Of a DNA stretch of 64,000 nucleotides, positions 26,848 to 35,264 are shown piece after piece. Positions within the stretch are counted from its first letter, which is position 1; each line of letters begins with the position of its first letter. Made by a program: the position numbers and the translations under genes. The notes beneath the pieces are model-generated. The model had not been told where the DNA came from. It saw only the letters and a list, made by a program, of their open reading frames with translations, and made no database searches. Origin of the DNA: a virus. Lineage: Duplodnaviria > Caudoviricetes. The DNA lies in IMG/VR virus record IMGVR_UViG_3300006752_000009. One strand, given 5' to 3'.

Positions 26848-28801
26848 AAATGTACCTACCGATGAGAAGTTATGGACTGAGATACAATCTCTAGCTAAAG
26901 GTGAGTCTAGTAAGCCTGTTTCTAGGGGTAAAGAGTCTGTCAATCCTGTGAATGATGGGAAAGGGTTTGAAACTTTCCCATCGGCTTATGCTAACGGTTG
27001 GGCTTTGGCTCAGTACAAGCGACTAGGTGGTAAGTGGAAAAAGGAATCTAAAAAAGCAGGTCTGATAAGACCTCCAAAACATATTGTAGATAAAGTTTCA
27101 GAGATACTGACGGCAGGGTTTGCTTCTTATTGGGTTGGGAAGCAAAAGGAAATGGATAATAAACCGTATTTATCTATATCTCTTGAAAAGATCTCTAACT
27201 TTGAAAACCTTATCGAAGATTTAGATGAAGCGTATATGTCCGTAAGGATGAAACGAGCTACTTTTGATGAATTGGAAAGAGCTTTAAGAGCTTTGAGAGT
27301 ATCGACTCAAGAGCTTATAGATATGTTTAAAGGGCGAATACCTCCTACCCTTGAAAAGATGAGTCATATTTTAGAAAACATGAGTCCGATTAGTGTCTTT
27401 GAAGAACCTAAAAAATATAAAAAAGAATTTATGTTTTTAGGTAGGACATTCGGTTTAATTTCAGAGTTGAGATCTCTGAGACAAGATCCTGTTTCTTACA
27501 TCTCAGAGAAATCAAGGGCATTATATGAGGGTGAAGCTAATAAAGTTAAAAGGTTTGATAAATTCTTAGATCGACCTTCTCAATCGACATGGATTTTTCA
27601 AACAGAAGATTTAGGCACACTTCGGTTACAAGTAAGAGAATCTAAGGGTGCTAAGGGTTTAGCGTATTATCGTTATGATGAAATTGATGATCTACATACA
27701 ATAACCGTTAGGGTGTTTCCTAACTCCAATGACTTGAGTGGGGAAGATCTAGGTAAGATTAAAGATTATGTACGGCATGAGTTAGTTCATGCTATGCAAA
27801 AAAAAATGTCATTGGACTTCAATGTTGATCAAGCAGGTATTCCTTTCCAAAAGCGAGATATGACTTACTTGCAAGGACATAAATACAAAGAAAAAGACCT
27901 TAAAGCTCAATATGAAAGAGAGGGTCTTGACTCAGATTTGGTAAGTATCCATGCACTTGATGACATCGAGTTTTATACGAGACTTTTAGATGAAGTGGTG
28001 GAATTTCAGAGACTTAATGTGAGTGGTTCAGACCTTAATCAAGAGGTGCATGAGTGGGTGTCCAAAAGAAAATTTTTTGTAAGTTTAAAAAGGTTTAAGA
28101 AAAAGAATTGGAACAAGGCTGTTGGTATTTTCTTTGAAGCAGTCAGTTCTAATCGAAAGTATGCTCGTAAGTGGGACAAAGATCATTGTGAGTCTAAGAG
28201 TTGCGATGAGATGGGCTTCTCTGAAAAGGCTTCATGTCGCCCCTATAAGAACTGCTACGAGAAGTCAGCGTCCTCCAAAGTTAAACCCATGTACTTAGGT
28301 TCAGAAAGTGGAGCGATGGCTTACGATTTCTACTTTATGCGTGTGGAAAAGGATTACTATTACCACTACACATACAGAGATCGTGCCGAAGAAATAATAG
28401 AGGATGGTTATTTAAGACCCAATTTCTACAACGATCAACCAGGAGGACAAGGTGTTTTTGCCATCTCTGGATCTTATGGACAAGAGGTCACAGACCTTCA
28501 AGTCAGTGGTTCTAGGAAAAAACACATGGATAGGATAGTTGCCCTCAAGTTTAAGACTAAAACTGAGCCTAAGTATGGATACCCCGAAGAAATCATTTGG
28601 GATAAACCTGTGAAACTTATTCGACCAGAGATTGTTAGCTTTTCGGAAGCTGAGGCAGACATTAAGAGGAATGAGGACTTAGGAGAATACTTCAAGGTAT
28701 TTTACGACTTTAAGAAGGCTGTCGAGATTAAAAAAGAATATGGAACAGTGATCTCTAGGGTTGCTCACAGATACTTAAGGAATCTAAAAAATGAAACATA
28801 A
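26840..28801 (+). CDS. polyprotein-like probable virion protein: PSAYANGW module + LIRPPKH-zincin module + Cys motif + ART-like domain
   Basis: HELVH at 27776; YHYT...I.EDGYL.P...GVFAIS at ~28355-28720; linkers KKAG, EKSAS, SRVAHRYL. Confidence 0.7.
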   Translation: MAKNVPTDEKLWTEIQSLAKGESSKPVSRGKESVNPVNDGKGFETFPSAYANGWALAQYKRLGGKWKKESKKAGLIRPPKHIVDKVSEILTAGFASYWVGKQKEMDNKPYLSISLEKISNFENLIEDLDEAYMSVRMKRATFDELERALRALRVSTQELIDMFKGRIPPTLEKMSHILENMSPISVFEEPKKYKKEFMFLGRTFGLISELRSLRQDPVSYISEKSRALYEGEANKVKRFDKFLDRPSQSTWIFQTEDLGTLRLQVRESKGAKGLAYYRYDEIDDLHTITVRVFPNSNDLSGEDLGKIKDYVRHELVHAMQKKMSLDFNVDQAGIPFQKRDMTYLQGHKYKEKDLKAQYEREGLDSDLVSIHALDDIEFYTRLLDEVVEFQRLNVSGSDLNQEVHEWVSKRKFFVSLKRFKKKNWNKAVGIFFEAVSSNRKYARKWDKDHCESKSCDEMGFSEKASCRPYKNCYEKSASSKVKPMYLGSESGAMAYDFYFMRVEKDYYYHYTYRDRAEEIIEDGYLRPNFYNDQPGGQGVFAISGSYGQEVTDLQVSGSRKKHMDRIVALKFKTKTEPKYGYPEEIIWDKPVKLIRPEIVSFSEAEADIKRNEDLGEYFKVFYDFKKAVEIKKEYGTVISRVAHRYLRNLKNET

Positions 28802-31118
28802 GTCTTTAATCGAAAAGGTGGCCCAACGCTATTTAGAGTCTGTAAAGCGTGATGATCCTAAAAAAAAGAACACTGGTAAGGGTGGGTTAGGTACTTGGTT
28901 TGCAGGGCATGGTGGTGGAGATCCCGATGATCGTGCTACATGGGGCGATTGGATTGCTATAACACCTGTAAAACACACTATCAAAAAAGAAGATGGAGAG
29001 GACAAGACCTATGAACCAGGAGACATTGTTGGCCCATGTGCCATATCTAGTGAAAAAGAGTGGTCAGATGTTACAAGTGGGGGAAAAAAACCCCTCAAGT
29101 GTATGCCACGAGAAAAAGCATGGAAAATGCCCAAGAAAGACCGAGCCGAGATTGCCAAAAAGAAAAGGCGGGAAGAAGCGAAGCATCGTGGGAAGAAGCC
29201 TGTTAATACTCCGACTTTCTCTGATGAAGCTAAAGAGATCACAGAGAAAAAGAAGAAGACTTCTGGCTTAATCAGACCTCCAAAACACATTGTAGATCAA
29301 GTAGCAGAAATAGGTAAAGGATTACTCGCCCAATACTGGATTAAAAGGGAAAAAGAGGATAGCTCCAAAGGTGGACTAGATCCAGAGTCTGTTGAGGGTC
29401 TTGAGTGGATACTTGAGGATCTTGATTATCTGCCACTTGGGGTCAAAAGAGGTGAACATGATGAGGAAGAAGTGATCTTCCAAGTCAGAAATGTACAGAG
29501 AGCTTTTTCCGAGATAGATGAACAGATGGAATCTGCAAACCTCAAATACTCAGACTTCCACAAAATCAAGACAAAGATAGATCAGCTCGATGCACAGAGC
29601 ATCTTTAATGACCCAAGAGGGAATAAGGCTCTCATCGGGTCTATCTCGGATAGGGCATCTGATTTACTTCGTGAGTTTAAAAAATGGTCAACAGGGAGTA
29701 AACAATACATCCCCACCTTAATGCGTAATGACTACCTTGAAGCTGTCGAACGACTGTCAAAGTACAAGGTCAAGGACAGTGGTAGATACTATGTTGAAGA
29801 TGATGAGCTAGGCTTAGTGGCAGTACATCTTCAAGAGTCCTCACATGGTGCGGCTCAATACTATTGGGATGGTATTCACCACATCATATTTAATGTTCTC
29901 AAGAATATGACTGAACTCCCTCTCAAGTATTTAACAGATCGAGAAACGATAGCAGGACATGAGCTAGTTCATGCAATGCAACAACATTACGCTAATAAAG
30001 CGAACATAGAGGAAGCAGGATTACCAAGTCAGAAAAGAGATGAACAGTTTCGTTTTGACATGAAGGAGAAACAGAAAGAGCTGAGAGTCCAATATGCTAG
30101 AGAGGGGATGGATTTTGAGCTGATCTCTATCCATGCGTTAGATGACATAGAGTTTTACTCTCGCCTACTCGATGAGGTTACTGAGTTCAAAAGACGCAAT
30201 AAGGGTCTTAATGATGAAATACATAAATGGGTAAAAAAACGACCTTTTTTTGTAAGTCTTAAGAGATTTAAGCGTAGGAATTGGAAAAAAGCAGTAGGCA
30301 TCTTTGTTGATGCTGTGCAACTTAAAGCTAAGTCAGCTAGTCGGGTAGCTCATCTCTATTTGCAAGCGGCTGCTCAACCTGCACAAGACCTAGCAGGTGT
30401 CAAAACATGGGTCGATAAAACCCGACAAGACCAAATCAATAACGATACCTCTACCCCAAATAAATCGAGAGAAGATTATGAAGATGGTAAACCACAAAGA
30501 GATCGAGTTCTACCTTTACCTAGTGGACACCCCGAAGGTCGAGATGAGCAAAGAGTTGGACCAGGAGTCATTAACTCACCTCCCGACTCTAGTGGTCAAG
30601 GTGGAGCGAACCGTCCAAAGAAAGACCCAAGTGCATTAAACGATCACCCCAATGGGAAAGCCCTCCATGAGCGTCCTAGATCAAGTGGTATTCCTGGAGA
30701 TCAGTATGGAAACCCTTATATAGATCAATCCACATCTACAGGACTCAAGCGTAGAGTCATGGGTAGCTCAGAGGAGTTTGAGTTTTGGGATGTAGATGGA
30801 GATGATCTCGTCAAAGTCGCCTTGTTTCGATATAACCATCGACCACCGAGAGGGAACAAGAGACAGCGTTCTCAAAAAGGTCAAGCGAAACGCAAATCTC
30901 AAAAGTACAAGCGTAAGTATCGGGTTAAATACCGTAGAAATCTTTTAAAGCAGAAGAGACGCTACAAGCGTAAAAAACACAACCCAACTTACAAGAAGTA
31001 CAAGAAGAACTACGCTAAGAACCCAGAGAGGTACAAGCGTAGACCAGGTGGTGTGTCCACAGTTAAACAGAAAAACAAACGAACAGAAAATCGTAGGAAG
31101 AAGGCAGATCATGAGTGA
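28791..31118 (+). CDS. polyprotein-like probable virion protein: N-terminal module + LIRPPKH-zincin module + disordered region + K/R-rich tail
   Basis: HELVH at 29958; IHALDDIEFY.RLLDEV shared with the upstream gene; linkers EKVAQRYL, KKTSG, KSASRVAHLYL. Confidence 0.7.
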   Translation: MKHKSLIEKVAQRYLESVKRDDPKKKNTGKGGLGTWFAGHGGGDPDDRATWGDWIAITPVKHTIKKEDGEDKTYEPGDIVGPCAISSEKEWSDVTSGGKKPLKCMPREKAWKMPKKDRAEIAKKKRREEAKHRGKKPVNTPTFSDEAKEITEKKKKTSGLIRPPKHIVDQVAEIGKGLLAQYWIKREKEDSSKGGLDPESVEGLEWILEDLDYLPLGVKRGEHDEEEVIFQVRNVQRAFSEIDEQMESANLKYSDFHKIKTKIDQLDAQSIFNDPRGNKALIGSISDRASDLLREFKKWSTGSKQYIPTLMRNDYLEAVERLSKYKVKDSGRYYVEDDELGLVAVHLQESSHGAAQYYWDGIHHIIFNVLKNMTELPLKYLTDRETIAGHELVHAMQQHYANKANIEEAGLPSQKRDEQFRFDMKEKQKELRVQYAREGMDFELISIHALDDIEFYSRLLDEVTEFKRRNKGLNDEIHKWVKKRPFFVSLKRFKRRNWKKAVGIFVDAVQLKAKSASRVAHLYLQAAAQPAQDLAGVKTWVDKTRQDQINNDTSTPNKSREDYEDGKPQRDRVLPLPSGHPEGRDEQRVGPGVINSPPDSSGQGGANRPKKDPSALNDHPNGKALHERPRSSGIPGDQYGNPYIDQSTSTGLKRRVMGSSEEFEFWDVDGDDLVKVALFRYNHRPPRGNKRQRSQKGQAKRKSQKYKRKYRVKYRRNLLKQKRRYKRKKHNPTYKKYKKNYAKNPERYKRRPGGVSTVKQKNKRTENRRKKADHE

Positions 31119-32160
31119 TTTATTAGCTGAAATACTTGCAGACGATATTTTTGCCGAAGAGCTTCAAGCTGGACGAACTAAGCGTAGGACTAATCCTAAA
31201 ATCAAACGCAGAAGGCGAATGAGGACTCAGACAAAGAACCTACGCAAGCGTAATACTAATCAATCTCAAAGACGAAAGAATAGAAAGAAGCACAGGAAGA
31301 AAATGAGAACCGACCCTAACTACAGGAAAAATCGCCAAGACTATCGCAAGAAATACTACAAGAGGCACAAAAAAAGCTCTGTAGGCTATTCTTTACCTTT
31401 CAACCTAGAGTTCGCTTATGAAGGTAAGCCTGCTTACTTGATGTCTTTATCCGAGATGTTTGATGCCATCAACATCTATGTAGATGGTGAGACAGCCATC
31501 GTAGTAGATCTTAACGATTTCTTAGATAGGGTCGAATGGTATGAGAGAGAGGACATGGAAATGTTCTTCGATCTCATTGATGGATCTTACGCTGTCCTAG
31601 AAGAAGATCCCCAAGATGCTTGGGCTGAGTTCACTCTTGAGGAGAGTGATGCACCAGCCAAGAGAAAGATAGACAAGAAATCAAGTGTTTGTAATAGGAC
31701 TGACAATCTAGCTATCCTACAAATGCTATTAGCTGTTCTACGAGGTGCTCATTTCGCACACTGGACTAGTCATTGGCAGGTTAAAGGGTCAAACTTTTAT
31801 GGCGACCACGAGTTGATGGAGAGGGTTTACACATCTCTCATTGAAGAAATCGACACACTAGCCGAGAAGATTGTTGGTACATACGGAGTAGAAGCTGTTA
31901 ATGCTGTAGAACAGGCACAGCTTATGGCTAATCACCTCTTACCTTTAGCCGAGGCTCATAGTATGAATGACCCGATACGCAGAGCCTTCTTGATTGAGGA
32001 AGGTCTACAGGTCATCTTTAAGAATACTTATGATATGCTTAAGGAGCAGGGAGGTCTTACATTAGGTATGGACGACTTTATTATGTCTATGGCTAACGCA
32101 CACGAGACTAACCTTTACCTTTTAAGGCAGAGATGCGATACCCGACCAAAGATTAGATGA
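31111..32160 (+). CDS. basic N-terminus + Dps/ferritin-like C-terminal domain
   Basis: AHWTSHWQVKGSNFYGDHELMERVY....EEIDTLAEKI matches the Dps H..HW.V.G..F...H...E......D..AE motif; start placed at 31111. Confidence 0.75.
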   Translation: MSDLLAEILADDIFAEELQAGRTKRRTNPKIKRRRRMRTQTKNLRKRNTNQSQRRKNRKKHRKKMRTDPNYRKNRQDYRKKYYKRHKKSSVGYSLPFNLEFAYEGKPAYLMSLSEMFDAINIYVDGETAIVVDLNDFLDRVEWYEREDMEMFFDLIDGSYAVLEEDPQDAWAEFTLEESDAPAKRKIDKKSSVCNRTDNLAILQMLLAVLRGAHFAHWTSHWQVKGSNFYGDHELMERVYTSLIEEIDTLAEKIVGTYGVEAVNAVEQAQLMANHLLPLAEAHSMNDPIRRAFLIEEGLQVIFKNTYDMLKEQGGLTLGMDDFIMSMANAHETNLYLLRQRCDTRPKIR

Positions 32161-32338
32161 TTTTTCTCTATTTATTTCAGACACTTAGGTTTCCTCCGAA
32201 AGTTTTTTGAGAAAAGTTCGGCAACATCTTGTGTATATCGTATAAGAGTATGTGAGCAACAGAGCCAATCACTTCGGATGACTCGCTAACGCTCTTAACT
32301 TTAACTGCCGACAGGCAATATATACAGGAGAATGCCCT

Positions 32339-33055
32339 ATGGGTTTTTCAGACTTTACACTCGGTTCTACTTCACCAATCCTTTCAGGTGGTAAGGTTCG
32401 TTGGAAGCCACAGAAGGGAAAGTTTCGTGTGACTTTCGTGGCTCTTCCAGGTCTTGAAGATAACGCTGTTAAGTTCTCGGACGATAATGGTAATCCTACC
32501 AATCCTTCTTTCAAGGGTGGTCGTAGGCTCTACCACAAGGATGTCGGATACTTCTTGGATCATGGACCAGAGTATCAGAAGATCGCAGGTAATCCTTCAA
32601 AGACTTCAATCGCTACTACGCTCATCTTTTGGCCTACAGATGCCAATGGTACGCTTGATAAGGCTCGCTTCGCAAATGGTGAGTTCGAGATCAAGACTTG
32701 GGTGTTCTCACTCGACAAGTATCGTCAGCTTGAGTCCATCAACTCTGAGTTCCCTTTGAGTCAGCACGACATCTCAATCACTGTGACCGACCCACAGTTC
32801 CACAAGATGACATTCGCCCCTTGTAAAGAGTCTTTGTTCAAGACTTTGAGCGACAAGGGTTCTGATATGTTCAAGACTTGTATGGAAGCGGCAAAGCCTA
32901 TCCATCTGAACCTCCAAAATGACATCGCTCAAGACCTTACTCTCGATCAAATTCGTGAGAAGATGAGTGGTTCGGTTGGTTCGCCTACAGGCAACAGTGG
33001 TGGAGGTTTCAACTCGTCCTTTGACGCTGATGAGATCCTTGACGGTATGCTTTAA
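32339..33055 (+). CDS. probable single-stranded DNA-binding protein (gp32-like)
   Basis: 238 aa, beta-rich and aromatic, Gly/Ser linker and acidic-hydrophobic tail FDADEILDGML; AGGAG RBS. Confidence 0.55.
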   Translation: MGFSDFTLGSTSPILSGGKVRWKPQKGKFRVTFVALPGLEDNAVKFSDDNGNPTNPSFKGGRRLYHKDVGYFLDHGPEYQKIAGNPSKTSIATTLIFWPTDANGTLDKARFANGEFEIKTWVFSLDKYRQLESINSEFPLSQHDISITVTDPQFHKMTFAPCKESLFKTLSDKGSDMFKTCMEAAKPIHLNLQNDIAQDLTLDQIREKMSGSVGSPTGNSGGGFNSSFDADEILDGML

Positions 33056-33116
33056 GAAAAGCCTTGACCTTTGACTTAAGTCATGGTTGAATACGCTTAA
33101 TAGCCTGTAAAGGCTC

Positions 33117-33175
33117 AATGCCTCTTAGACCCCTCACCAAGCCACAGAGGGTGTTTAAGGGGCATTAATTTTTTT
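33117..33175 (+). terminator. Rho-independent terminator
   Basis: Long stem AATGCCTCTTAGAC-CCCTC / GAGGG-T-GTTTAAGGGGCATT followed by T7. Confidence 0.75.
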
Positions 33176-33231
33176 GTAGATCTTTTATAGGTTCTTCATT
33201 GGTAGCCATATTAACCAAATGGAGAATTATT

Positions 33232-34338
33232 ATGAGAAGATCAGCAAGTTTTGGTGACATCCTCGTTGATGTCATCGAAAAATATGAAGATGAGCTAATG
33301 GCTCTTGATTCAGAGTATATTGATGGTGGTGATGACTACGCTAACCGAAAACAAGATGCTCTTTTTGGAGGGGACCTAGATACAGCTCTTTTGTTCACTC
33401 GTGATCGCAGAGTCAAAGAAGTGTTGCTAACTATTCAATCAGATCTTGATCGTATCGAGAAAGGGGAGATTTCTATTAGAAGATCAGCATCCGATACCAT
33501 CAGAAATCTTGAGGCTCGTGTAGCCCGACTCGAATATAATCGAGGACAAGCCTATATCAACCTCGATCTTGTGGGAGAAAACTTTCGCACAGGAGTTAAT
33601 CTTGCTCACTATATTGTTGACGAAGGCTTTGATCATTTGATGGAGGGTAAGCTATTCATTAAGGATGGATTGAATCTTGTGGATTATCATATTGGTAGCA
33701 ACCTTGAAAGGTTCGAGACTCTGTTGAAACAAGAGATGGTAATGACTCTTGAAGATGTTTCAATCGGGAATCATAGAAGCACGAGTAATGCTGATCCAGA
33801 AGAACTTGAAGATCTGAACCTTCCCGATGTCCAAGACCTCAATCGTTCAAGAGTGAGTGTGGAGCGAGTAATTTCTCCAACATCGGGTACTCCTGGATAC
33901 CTTGTTAAAGTTAATGGTGGGTCGGGTATTAAAGTCGCTCGCTTTGAGAGGTCGGCAGGGACTATGGACTTTTTTAAGTCTTATAATCGCAGGGCAGGGG
34001 AGATCGTCAAAGAGATCAATGGTATCTTACCTATTGGTATCTTTGCGTCTAAGCCAGAGAAGGTAAGTAAGAAGTCTAGGCAAGCTAAGGCGATTTTCAG
34101 AGGTTATATTGGAACAGCCAACTCTCTTTCAGTTGATTTTGACTCAGACCGACATTATAGGATTGTGTTTCTTTCTGATGACGATTATCGGTCGCCTTTA
34201 GAATACGGACTCGATGACTTATATACTCAGAGTTCTTTTACTTTTTACCTTGATGGTAAAGCTGTGGCGACTGCAAAAAATGGGGAGATGGATCACACCT
34301 TTTTAAGTAAGGTTAAAAGAGCGTATAGATCTCAATAG
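33232..34338 (+). CDS. MRRSAS-leader cassette protein, tandem fusion of at least two cassettes
   Basis: Starts MRRSASF; internal IRRSASDTIRNLEARVARLE at 33475; later ERSAG and NRRAG motifs. Confidence 0.8.
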   Translation: MRRSASFGDILVDVIEKYEDELMALDSEYIDGGDDYANRKQDALFGGDLDTALLFTRDRRVKEVLLTIQSDLDRIEKGEISIRRSASDTIRNLEARVARLEYNRGQAYINLDLVGENFRTGVNLAHYIVDEGFDHLMEGKLFIKDGLNLVDYHIGSNLERFETLLKQEMVMTLEDVSIGNHRSTSNADPEELEDLNLPDVQDLNRSRVSVERVISPTSGTPGYLVKVNGGSGIKVARFERSAGTMDFFKSYNRRAGEIVKEINGILPIGIFASKPEKVSKKSRQAKAIFRGYIGTANSLSVDFDSDRHYRIVFLSDDDYRSPLEYGLDDLYTQSSFTFYLDGKAVATAKNGEMDHTFLSKVKRAYRSQ

Positions 34339-34397
34339 TCTTTTTATCTCTTATCAATAAGTGATCTCATTAACTACAAACCAAATGGAGAATACCC

Positions 34398-34715
34398 ATG
34401 AGAAGATCAGCATCAGAAACAATTCGTAATCTTGAATCAAGAATCGCTAAACTTGAGAAATCATCTAGCAGAACAGATCGCTTAGAGGAAAAGCAAGATC
34501 ACGCAAAGAAACTAGAACAAATCTTGAAGCCTGTTTTCGGTTCAAGTCTGCGAAGCGTGTACTTTGACTACAACAATAGTGATATGTTCATCGCAGAAGT
34601 AAGTGCAAGTTTTTGGGAGGAAACAGGTCTTAACAAAAATGGATTAAAGACACTTGCAAAGTACACAGAAGGATTTACCCTTGACGGAAACAGAGTTTAC
34701 TTAAACATTGATTGA
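34398..34715 (+). CDS. MRRSAS-leader cassette protein
   Basis: MRRSASETIRNLESRIAKLE; 5' module 34336-34397. Confidence 0.8.
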   Translation: MRRSASETIRNLESRIAKLEKSSSRTDRLEEKQDHAKKLEQILKPVFGSSLRSVYFDYNNSDMFIAEVSASFWEETGLNKNGLKTLAKYTEGFTLDGNRVYLNID

Positions 34716-34805
34716 TCGAAGCCTTTAGGGTTGGTAGTAATTTGTAGTTTATTTATACCCTATCAATAAGTGATCTCTTTAACCTTAAACCAATGGAGAA
34801 CTCCT

Positions 34806-35264
34806 ATGAGAAGATCAGCATCAGAAATTATCAGTGAACTTGAGACTCGGATTGCCCGTCTTGAAAGAAAAGCCTCACCCTACCGTCCAGACGGATATGA
34901 CGCATATGAAACTGGAGAGTCAGAGCGACCTCTTGACATCTTTGAGTCTCGGAGTCGAGATGATGAGAGATGGAGAGATTCTGTCTCAACAGGAGAGAGG
35001 GCTGACAAGCAGATTAAGTCTATCCTTAATAGTTCTCGTATTAAGTACACTAATAAATATGGTAGATTTATTTTTGCTGACAAAAGGACTTTGGTTAAAG
35101 CTCTTGAGGCTTTAGGTGAGAGTCGTTCAGACGCTCGGATTCTTGGTGAGAGAGGTACTGATCTTCAAGGAGACTTAATAAATCTGTTTGGTAAGTCTTA
35201 TGAGGTTGCTGTTCCCGATTTGGAAGATGAGCAGTATGAGTACTACTTAGTAGCATCTTACTAA
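34806..35264 (+). CDS. MRRSAS-leader cassette protein
   Basis: MRRSASEIISELETRIARLE; 5' module 34745-34805. Confidence 0.8.
   Translation: MRRSASEIISELETRIARLERKASPYRPDGYDAYETGESERPLDIFESRSRDDERWRDSVSTGERADKQIKSILNSSRIKYTNKYGRFIFADKRTLVKALEALGESRSDARILGERGTDLQGDLINLFGKSYEVAVPDLEDEQYEYYLVASY

Noticed and set aside
32161-32338. Autoregulatory leader upstream of the SSB-like gene (as in T4 gene 32)
   Set aside because: A long leader is present, but I could not identify a convincing pseudoknot or repeat by eye
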